The translations under genes were made by a program, and so were the position numbers. A stretch of DNA of 44,471 nucleotides, from positions 1-44,471 of the IMG/VR virus record IMGVR_UViG_3300020043_004045, one strand, 5' to 3'. Shown piece after piece: positions 26,201-38,200 of this stretch. The first letter of the stretch is position 1. Every line of letters begins with the position of its first letter. The notes below the pieces were generated by a model that saw nothing but the letters and a program-made list of their open reading frames with translations, ran no database searches and had not been told where the DNA came from. The stretch comes from a virus (taxonomy: Duplodnaviria; Caudoviricetes).

Positions 26201-29200
26201 TGAGACGGGCTATGAATTAGATTTTGATGGAATATCAACTTATTATGATGGAGAGGATTCGTTAAAAAAAGCTAAGTCATTCCTTAGAAAATATGGTTTT
26301 AAAAAAATCAAACCAAAGGTTGAGTCAGAGTGGCAGGCAACACCTAAAGAGCCAGTGGTTGAAGTAGAGAAGCCAAAAAAGCCTGACGATAACGAAGATG
26401 GTGGTGTCATTACAGATGCGCCTAAGCCTAATGCGCCTGTATCGCCCACAGGACAGCAAGCCGTTGATAATACCCCTACGCAAGCCATTGAAGATGACAG
26501 CATTAAAACCAAGCATATCAAACAGTCTAAACCTGTTAATCGAACTATTAACGAGGATAAAGACGATATATTGGCCGCTATTGCTAAATTGGGTGGCTTA
26601 GACCTTGCTGATGCAAAATCACAAGGGGTTGATGTTGAGGCTTACAAAGGTAAACGTGCAGCAGGGTTATTGGGTGTTTTTAAGAAAGATGGCACTGGTA
26701 GCGATTTTGATACAATGGCCGAATACCTGAGTGGGTATGGCTATCCTGTGCATGAAGGCGGCAATACTGCTTGGGATAATGTGACTGGCTCATATTCTGT
26801 TAATGCACTTGCAGATGCACTAATTACTGCCTTAAATGGTGGTGATATTGGCACAACAAGCTATATGCAAAATAAACTGCAAGCACAGATGGAGGCAGAC
26901 CAAAAAGAAGCCGAAGAAATGGAGCGTTTGTTTAACGGTAAAGGCTCTAGCACTTGGGACGAAGCAGACGCATTAGACACCATTTCTGATATAACTCTTG
27001 ATGAATTTATCAAAGATGAATCTGCTATCCCTGAAAATATCACCCTACAAGCATTAAAAGAGGCCGAAAATGAGCAACAAATCAATGTTAGCAATAGCAG
27101 ACAAACACCTAACGCCAAAACAGAAGCATCAAGTATTAAAAATGACGATGCAAAAGCTACTAGCGATGGAAAAACAGGGCAGCAAGAAAGCCAAAGCAGC
27201 ACTAGACAAGATTCGAGCAAAGGTTTAAACCCATCGTTTAATCTTAACGCACAAACCAATGAAGAATTGGCAAAGCGTGATGCTGAAAACAAAGCAGCCG
27301 AAGCTAAACGCCAAGCAGAAGAAAAGGCCGCTAAAGATAAAGCTCAAGCCGATAAAGAAGTATCAGACTTCCGTTTAAGCGGTAGCAATGCACCTGCTGA
27401 TATTGCTATGGCTGGCGGTCAGAAAGATATGTTTGCTCCTCCTACTCGCGGTGAGCGTGAAGCAGAGAAGGCAAAGCAAGAACCAACAAAAGAAGAACCT
27501 GTTAAATGGTTTGGCTCTTTGCCTAAAGCAGTTGAATGGGTAGCAAAACAAAAAGGACAGAAATTTGATATTCGTCAAAGCAATGGCCGTTTTGAGATTT
27601 ACCCTGCCAAAGAACAAACACAGGGCAAATCCGTCCAAAATAACGAACCTGCACCAGTAAAACAGCCTGAAGCTAAAACAGAACCGAAAGCTAAGATAGA
27701 TTTTTCTGAGGCATCGGTTAAATTAGAAGACGTGCTTAATAAATGGGAAGCCATTAAAAAAGGCGATATTGTCATCACCAAAAGCGGCAGAGCGTTAATT
27801 GCTCAATCTGACGCAAAAGGGAAGATGTCTATTCGTTTTAAGGCAAGAGAGGGAGGTTTGGAGGAGGCTTTGAGTATAGTTCGTGTAACAGGCGATAATA
27901 AAGTCAGTAAAATGCTTTCCGATAGACTCCAAGAACAAAGCAAGGGCGTATTAGCTAAAAGACTAATCGGCAAAAACTCAGAAGGTAAAGACCTGTACGA
28001 AGATGGTCGTGGCGTAAGATTCACTGATAATGGCCGTGGGGTTCAGGTAGGTGAGGATGTTTCTTTTGTTCAACGCAATGAGGAATTGACTTTTGACACG
28101 TCAAACCGTACCGACGAACACCGCACCGTTGAAGAAGTAGCGGCAAGACAGTCTAAAAAAATTATACCAACTTTTGATGATGTGATGACGCATTTAAAAG
28201 AAAGTGGAGTATTAGGGTTAAATTGGCACAAAGACGCACAATCAAAAGCATTGGTAAAAAACACTTTAGAGGATTACTTAGATAGCATTATTCCAAACGA
28301 TGTTTCCGAAAAAGAATTTAAGTTTATTACTGATGAGTTTTTTAATGAACTTGTTTCTAGTATCCCTGAAGATAAATATCAGTCGTCAGGAATGTTAGCT
28401 CATCCTATTCCTGAAATTGCCAAGAAACCCAAACAAGATGCACAGGAAGTTATTGTTTTTAGTTTTTTTGAAAACTCTGATTTTGACGAAAAAAAAATCA
28501 AAGAGACAGCATATGATAAACTTGAAGATATTGCGCCAAGTGTTAAAGATTATATTGCGGTCGAGCATAACATAGACTTGCAGGATGGCGACCCTAAGAC
28601 TTATGGTAGCTTAGTTGCTTACAAAGGCGATTTTGATAAAATACTAGATTTGTTTCACACATTGGGCAATCGTATTTCTAAAAATGATAAAAAAACAGTT
28701 GTCAATCGTTTAAAAGCTGAAATTATGGCAAAGCAACAGCTAGCCAAAGATTTTGAGAGAAAATCACAAAATGAAGCGGAAGCGATTAAACAACCAACAA
28801 AAAAAGAAAGCCTACTCATTAAAATTGATGATGAGTTAGATTCTGCACTAGATGACTTGGCTGCCATTTTTAAAGAACAAGGCAAGCGATTAAGCTCAGG
28901 CGTTGACCCTGTGATTATGGGCAAGGTGCTGGCTATTGGCATGAAAGCCTCTACGCTTTACTTGGCAAAAGGTGCGGTTAAGTTTTCTATTTGGGCTGAA
29001 AACATGATTGCATCTTTGTCCAGCAAGGGCGTATCGCAAGACTTGGTAAAACCTTACTTAAAACAGTTATATCTTGCAAGCAAGGTTGAAGCATCACCCG
29101 AAATCCGTCAACAGATGGATAAAGAAGATGATGTATATGATTTTGATTTTGCTACACTGAATGTAAATCAAAAAGAAACAACCGACAGCACAGAAAATAC

Positions 29201-32200
29201 ACCCACTACCAAAGAAACATTAACCGACCTATTCTACAAACACCTTAAACAAGGCACGTTACCTGAAAACAATGTCAACCTTCGTAAAATGGTGGTCGAG
29301 TTTGATGGCAAAGAAGTTGATAATTACCGCTTGAAAGAAGCGCAAGAAATGCTTGAGGCGGCAATAGCTCGCCATTCACGCGATGTTGTAGCATCAAACC
29401 ATAACGGCGATGCGTCAACATTTAATCAATTAGTTGACGCATACAATAAGCAACCAAACCTAAATATCAGAACCAGTACCAGCATTGAAAACCAAGCCTA
29501 CAGCACACCTGCGCCTTTAGCGTTTGTTGCTGCAAAGATGGCGAACATTGGTAAGAATACAACCGTGTATGAGCCGACAGCAGGCAACGGAATGTTGCTA
29601 ATCACGGCATTACCTGAAAATGCCACTGTCAATGAAATGGAAAGCACCCGATTTAACAACCTTAAAGACCAAGGATTTAACGCGCATCAAGGCGATGCAC
29701 TAAAAGCGATTGAAAACGGGGTTGTTAAGCCTAATTCACAAGATGCAATCATCACCAATCCGCCATTTGGTTCAATTAAAGAAAATGGCAAGACGGTAAA
29801 AGTTGCAGTTGACGGTTATAAAATTGGCAAGATTGACCATTTAATTGCAGTTGAAGCGTTAAAGGCCATGAAGCCCAATGGCACAGCCGCAATCATTATT
29901 GGCGCGGACATGGTTCAGGGTGGCATATCAACCGATGACCGCATTTTCTTTAACTGGTTATATGCAAATTATAATGTAGTCGGCCACTTTGAAGTGGATG
30001 GTAAGCTATACTCAAGACAAGGGGCTTCTTGGCCTGTTCGTGTCATCATTGTACATGGCAAACAAGCATCTGATAAAAACTCACCTGTAACGGGCGCAAT
30101 CCCACGTTATGAAAATTGGAAAGACGTATATGACCAATACACTAAAATGGTGGTGGCCTCAAACAACAGAGGACTATCAAGCGATACTAGCGGTACAAAC
30201 AACTCAGCCAATGACACCAGAACACCACAGGATGTTGATGGAGTCAAAACTACGCAAGCTAGTACAGGAGGACGAAACACCACAAGAAACAATGATGATG
30301 TCGATGGAGCACCTACCCGAAATGTATCAAATCGCTCAAGAAACGGAGGTAAGCAATTACCCGTCAGCGATAATGTACAGCGATTCGATGAACGCACTAA
30401 TGCACAAGATAATCTGGCCGTTGGAGACAACCGAGATACAGGAGTCACAACAGGAAACGATTCAAGAGTGGACGGAAGGTCAAAGCCTGATGGGAATACT
30501 GGAAAGGATGTAGCGGTATTATCTGACGCTGACAACTCTTTTCAGGTCAAATACACGCCTGCATCTTCGCGCAAAGATGAGGGAGTGCTTATCCCTATCA
30601 ATATGCGCCAACCACTCATGGAGTCTCTATTAACCCTTGAGGATAGTGTTGGCGATATTGATAAATATGCCGCTAAAGAACTTGGCTACCGCAATACAGA
30701 GCAATTGCATGATGCGCTAATGGGTCTGCAGGTTGATTCTGTTGCCTCAGCAATCTATCAAATCAAAGAAAAAAACAAAGGTATTATCATTGCCGACCAA
30801 ACAGGCATTGGTAAAGGCCGTCAAGCAGCCGCAATCATTCGATGGGCAATGCTTAACGGACATACGCCTGTTTTCGTTACTGTTAAACCGCAATTATTCA
30901 CCGATATGTATGGCGATTTATCCGACATTGGCAGTAATGACGTAAAGCCGTTTATTGTTAATACAGGGGAATCCATATCAGGGAAAGACGGCAAAAAACT
31001 ACACAAAACAAAACCTGATGCCAAGCACAGAAAAGAGGTAGAGGATATTGCGGGTGACGGCGTATTGCCTGATGACTACAACGCAGTATTTATTACCTAC
31101 TCGCAAATCAACAAAACAAACAATCAGCAAAGGTTACTTTCCGCTTTGTCGGGTAACGCTATTTTCATTCTTGATGAATCGCATAACGCAGGTGGCGCAT
31201 CGTCCACAGGTATGTTCATGCAGGAAGTGTTAAAAGAAGCGAAAGGTGTTGTTTACCTATCGGCAACCTTTGCTAAACGCCCCGACAATATGCCGCTTTA
31301 CTTCAAAACGGACATGGGTTTAGCGGTTGGTGATACCAATGAACTTAGCACAGCCGTTATGAATGGTGGGCTACCACTACAAACAGTTATTTCAAATTCT
31401 TTAGTAAAAGCAGGTCAGTTGTTTAGACGTGAACGAAGCTACAATGGTGTAAGCATTGAAACTAAAGTTGATTCGACTAACAAAGTAGAGCATGAAAAGT
31501 TATCGGACGAAGCAACGAAAGCATTAAGAGCGATTGTTGCAGCAGACAGAATGTTTCATAACAATTACTTTGCCCAATTAGAGAAAGAAGTTGAAGCAGA
31601 AGGGATGCAAGCAAGGGCAGCAGGTAATAAAGCCGAGAAATCTGTTAATCACCATGAATTTTCTAGTGTGGTTCATAACTTTATTAGACAGATGTTGCTT
31701 GGCCTTAAAGTGGATACCGCCGCTAATGATGCTATTGCCGCGTTAAAGCGTGGCGAAAAACCATTGATTGCCCTAGAAAATACAATGGGTTCGTTCTTAA
31801 ATGAGTATGTTTCGGCAAATGGGTTAAAAGAGGGTGATTCGCTTGGTGATTTTGGCTACAGAGATGTTTTAAGTCGTGCATTGCACAGAACAAGAGCCGT
31901 TACGATTAAGGATAAAAAAGGCGAAGAAACTAGAAAAGAAGTAGGTTTGCATGAGTTAGATAGCGCAACACGCGCCGCCTATAACGAAGCACAAAAAATC
32001 ATTGATTCGTTAGATGTGACCATTCCCGCATCACCGATTGACTGGATGAGAAGTCGCATTGAAAAGGCAGGTTACACCGTTGCTGAAATTACTGGCCGAA
32101 ATATGGCCGTCGATTACTCCACTAAAACACCAACCGTTTCACAAGTGCCATTGTCTGAGCAAAATGACAAGGTAGGCACAACCCGTATGTACAATAGTGG

Positions 32201-35200
32201 TGAGCTTGATGCCATTATTTTGAATGTCGCAGGTTCGACAGGTATTAGCTTGCACGCTTCGGAGAAATTCAAAGACCAGCGCGTCCGTCACATGATTGTT
32301 GCCCAACCCGCACAAGACATTAACATCTTCATGCAGATGCTTGGCCGTATTCATCGTACAGGTCAGGTCGTATTGCCTAAATACACGATTCTTACCTTAG
32401 ATTTACCTACCGAAAAACGCCCTACCGCCGTACTTAATAAAAAGATGAAGTCGCTCAACGCCAATACTTCATCCAATACCGAGTCGGCAACGTCCATTGT
32501 TTCAATGGATATGTTGAATAAGTACGGTGATAAGGTTGTTTCCGCATATCTTAGCGAGAACCAAGATATTGCTAAAAAGATTAGTATGGAGGTTCACGGC
32601 GATACGTCATCCTCCGAAACTAATGATGATTTTGCTAAAAAAGCCACAGGCCGATTCGCGTTATTGCCTATCCAAGAGCAAAACAAGATTTATGAGGAAA
32701 TTGAGCCGCAATATGCCGCGTTAATCAGCTATCTTGATGAAACAGGGCAAAACGAGCTTGAGCCTAAGACCATTGACTTTGAAGCAGAGTTAAAACTTGA
32801 GTCAACCGCCGTTCCTGCTACTGACCCAAGCACACCATTCGGCCAAGAAGCAATCTATGGCGAGTACAAGGTCAAGCCGCAAGGCAAACCAATGACTATT
32901 GAGGAAGTCAAGGCGTTAGTGCTGAAGAATATTGGCGAAAACAACTCACCTTCTGAGTTTACTCAAAAACTTATTAGTGATGGGCAAGAAGCATTTGACG
33001 CTTTTATAAAAACGCTTGAATCAAAATATCATGCCGCTAGAGACGAGGAGGAGGCAGGTAATGTACAAAAACTTATCCATAATCAAAGGGCTGTTTTTGA
33101 AAACACAAAAGCGTTTATTGAGTCTCACCGTGTTGGTAGCATTTGGCAGATAGATGTTAAAGGCGATATTTACAATGCTGTTATCACTAATGTTAAGTCA
33201 ACCTTCAAAAAGGGTGGGCATGGTAATCCATTTGCACAAAGCAAAATCTTAATATCACTTGCGGTTAATGGTGAATTAAGAAGTATTACTGTACCAATGA
33301 CAGAGTTTACGCGCATAGAAGTTACCAAATACTATGGCAATGCAAGTGATGCCATGAGACAAAGAACTGACGACTCAGCACTTGCCAAAATCATTACAGG
33401 CAATCTTTTATCGGCTTATGCAAACATTCAAGGTTCGGATGGCCGCGTTATATCCTTCACCAAAAAAGATGGTTCAGTTGAGCAAGGTATTTTACTGCCT
33501 AAGAAATTCAACTTTAAAGATAATGTTCGCCAAGACTTTGCTATTAAAGATGCAAGTGATGTCTTTAAGCTATTGAAGTCAGGCGTTACAGATATTCTTA
33601 AAACAGGTGTTGCCAGTAGAAAAGGCGACATTCGGATTATCCATAATACCAATACTGGCGGTATTACTATTTACACGCCCAAAGCGAAAACAACAGGCGG
33701 CAAATGGTTTTTAGATAAAAAACTAATCGGCATTACAGGTGATTTTGTTAGCAACGGCACTATGATGACGGTGAGCGTGCCATCGAGCAAAGCCGTAGCC
33801 GCACTTACCGCCGTTATCAATAAGTCGCCACTGTATGTGTTGCCAAGCCAAGCAGACGCAACAAAGGAACTTTTAGGCTATTATGATGGTCAGGTTAATC
33901 TTAAAGAAGATAAGCCAAAATTCAGCCGTGGCACAAGCGAAGCTAAATATTCTGCTAATGATTGGCAAGAATGGTCAAAACTTCCAGAATTTCAGGATGA
34001 TGACAATAGCACTGTTTTATTTAATGGCGGCAGTGATGGATATATATTAGAGGTTGAATCTCGAAGTGCTTTGGCTTTATGGCCTGGCTTGTTTACATCA
34101 AGAGATATAGAAAACGCTCTAAGTCACGGCAAGGATATTACCGCTTTTCGTCTTTCTGATGATGAGATGTTAAGTCAATCTGATATTAACCATTTATCTA
34201 ATGCCAAATTAAGCAAAGCATTAAAAAGTGTATGGCCTAAACCTTTACGGAAAGGAACACCAGCATGGGACGTTGCTTGGGACGCGGTAATATATGATAA
34301 GTCTGACTTTGCATCGTTAGGGCTAGAAGATGACATGAGTGTGAGGGATGGCTCATTCATGGATTTACTAGGATATAGTTCGGATGAGGCAGGAGAAGCG
34401 AGCTGGTATGCTCAAAATCTTCGGGGTAGATTAGCCGAAGAATTAGGATACAAAGCGGTTGATATGGATGATGAGCATGGGACAAGTTGGTATATTGTGC
34501 CTGGTGTTAAATCAATCCCATTACCAAATAAAGAAAAAAATAGCCTAAAAAGTAAAAGCGCAAATTTGACTAATAGTGGCGGTTTAACCACCTCACAAGT
34601 ACGTCAATCATTAGTCAACCGCTTTGGCGAGAAACTGATTAAGACTTTAGAAGCTATGGGCTTAATCACCATCATGGATTCACCACCATCATGGGCTGAA
34701 CCTGATACTGATGGTGCTTACCATAATGGTAAGATTTATCTATTTGCCGACAACCTAACTGCCGAAACTGCAATAGCCACCTTTGTACACGAATTAGGTG
34801 GTCACAAAGGTTTTCAGGAGATGATGAGTCCTAAAGCCTATGCAATCATTATGGCGGTGTTTGACCGTTTAGTGGCACAAGGTAATCCGATTGCAGTAGC
34901 GGCAAAAAAACGCGCACAGCAAGCAGAGGACAGCCAAGACAGACAGACCGATGAATACATACCCTATCTATTAACCGAGCAAGAAAAGGCACATCAAGCC
35001 ACAAAAGCACAGCGTAATGCAGTACAACGCCTGATTGACCACATTGTACGGGCTGTTAAAGGTTGGTTGTTTAATCAATTAACCAAGTACGATATTACAA
35101 CAGGCTTAGGCAAGCGTGTTTCTAGCCTTCTTGATGCGCGTGATATTCAACTCATGGCCGAGAAGATGATTCGGGAGATGGGTAATGGGACAAACCCAAG

Positions 35201-38200
35201 CAACAATACCAAGGCTAAAGGTTCTCAATTCAGCCAATTAAACACGCCACAATCCCAAATCAACGCAGTACGCAAGAAGTACGAAGGCACTAGCCAATGG
35301 ATGAAAGCACCTAACGGACAGCCTACTAAACTTAATGAGGTGCAATGGTTGCAAGTGAGGACTCCAAACTTTAAGGCATGGTTTGGTGATTGGGAGAATG
35401 ACCCGAAAAATGCTAGTAAAGTGGTTGATAGCAATGGCGAGCCGATGGTGGTTTATCATGGGACAGAGTATGGCGGATTTACAGAATTTGGGTCATCAGG
35501 ATATGGTGCAGCTTCGAGAGAAAAAGGGTTTTGGTTTAGTAACAAAATAAGGGCATTAGAGTATTCTGGAAAAAATCAAGAAATAGAGATTGTCCCAGTA
35601 TTAAAATCATGGAGTGATGCAGCCTATTTTGCAAAAAAACTAGATGTTGAGTTTAAAAAAGCTCCTGAAGATGAATATGATGATGGGATTTATTTTATTG
35701 ATGATGACATTGCATCAACGCTTAATCAGGCGAGAAATATTCTACAAAAAGCAATAGAGGACAAACAACCTGCTGGGATTTATCCTGTGTTTTTAAGTTT
35801 AAAAACTCCAAAAACGATTAACGCTAAAGGGAAATTGGCAACAAACATCAATACCCTAGTTATGAGTAACGTACCAAAAAAATATGATGGTATGATGATT
35901 GTTGATGTTGATGACGCAGGCAGATTTGGTGATTACGGCTATATTACTGATAATTATGTTGCAAAAACATCAACCCAAATAAAATCCGCCATTGGCAATA
36001 CGGGCGAATTTAACCCAACGAATCCCGATATTCGCTTTAGCCGCAAAGCTAAAAACCCTATTACCGAAGGCATTAAATCAGCCGCCAACGACGCTAAAAA
36101 CAGCCTACCTAAGCCTATATCGGGCAAAATAGACCACTTTTTAGCAGGGCGTAGATTGCCTAGCAGTGACTTAGCCAACATTGTTTCTAAAACAGAGTTA
36201 AGCCTTTATCACCGTACCATTAGCACCCAACAAAATACCGCCTTGCAGTTACCTGACTTCAAAAAAGTCTATGACATGGCACAACGCTACTTACAACACG
36301 TCTCGGTTGATGCTTATGCCGCATTGCAAGCAGCACCTAATTTGTTAGGTCAATTAGAAACGTGGAGCGACTTAAAGAAAGAATTTAAAAAGGCGTGGTA
36401 TCCAACATACGTTAAACAAAAAACAGACAGAGCCGCAGTAGCCGAAGTGATTTTTGATGAAACGCTTAATAATGAATTGAGAAGTGAGGAGGATATTCTT
36501 AAATCATTATCACGCGACCAACGCAGAATCTACAAAGAGGCAAGAGACGCTATAGAAATTAGCCTAAAGAATACCGCCAAGTCGGAAATGGTGCGTAAAC
36601 TTTTGGCAGCAGAAGCTATCAACTGGAACACGGTTGAATCCTTGATGGATAAAAACCAACCTGTTGAGCAGTTTGCCCAAGCAGTGCGTGACTTGGTGGA
36701 GTCTCGTATTGGTGGATTAAGTAATGAGCTTGAGGCCATTCTTGACAGTGACAAGATGGTTAAAAAAGCATTTAAGACAGGAAAGGTTTTAGACAAAGAC
36801 GTTTTATCTAAAGCACAAAGAGCTGAGCTTAAACAAGCCTTGTTTTTAAAAGAGCAAATTGACACCACAAAAGAAGCCTTAAAGTCGCTTAATGATGTTG
36901 AAAAACGTCTTGATACGCTACTTGAACAGGGTTATGCGCCATTGATGCGTTTTGGCGAATATACGCTTACTGTTCGCGGCCAAGATGACAAGGTTCAATC
37001 ATTCTTTATGTTTGAAACCAAAGCAGAACAAGCAAGAGCAGCCAATGCCATTGTTACGCGTTATGGTAAAACGGTAAAACTAGAAACCGATATGATTAGC
37101 AAAGAGGAGTTTAAGCAGTTTGCAGGCATGACACCTGAAACGATGGCATTGTTTGCCAAAGAAACAGGCATGGACAAAGACGCAGCATATCAGCACTACT
37201 TAAAACTGGCCATTCCTGCGCGTAGTGCCATGACTCGCATGATTAAGCGTAAGGGGACAGCAGGGTTTAGTGATGACATTCAACGGGTGGTTGCTTCGTT
37301 TGTTATGAGCAATGCGCGTATGGCAGCAAAAAACATCTATGCCGCACAGATTGAAAAATCTATTCAAGCGATTGAAAGCGGTAAGTCTGTCAAAGACCAA
37401 GCTATTGTTATGAAAGAGAACGTCTTTAATCCCAAAGAAAACTTTGCCCAATTACGCAACATTTTATTCTTGTGGAACTTAGGCGGCTCGATATTCTTTG
37501 GCTTGCTAAACATGACACAGCCCTACTTACAGACCTTACCGCACCTATCGCAATATGTACCTATTGCCGATGCAGGTAAAGCCATTTTAAGGGGTTCTAA
37601 GATTGCAGGTGCAGCTATGAAAAATGGCCATGCACCTAAAGGCTATGAAGCTGAATACAATCGTGCCGTCCGTGAAGGCCATGTTGACCCACAAAACGTG
37701 TTTATGTTGAGCGGTGTTGAGCGTGGCAAAACAGGGTTAAGCAATAGTTGGACTTCGGTTGCATCGCACTTAATGGGTTCAATTGCTCAAGTCACAGAAT
37801 CCTTTAACCGTAAAGCCGTATTTATAGCCTCGATTGATGTTGCCAACAAAAAGGGCGATGCTTGGTTAAAGAAACATGGTTTTGCAACAGCTTATGATTT
37901 TGCCGTGGACTCTATTGCCCAAACACAAGGCGTGTACAACAAGGCTAACCGCAGCAATTGGGCGAATACCTCGGTGGGTGCGCCATTGATGGTGTTTAAG
38001 CAGTTCAGCATTAACTACGTTGAGCAAATGGTGAGGATGTGGAAAAAAGAAGCGGCGAGTGGAGATGAAGGGAAAAAAGCGGTGTTTTTAATGTTGGCGA
38101 TGCTGGCTTCGTTGTCGGGCGTGATGGGCTTGCCGTTCATTAAAGATATTCTTGATGTGTCCGAAACCACAGCGGCCTTCTTAGGCAATCCCGTCAACAT

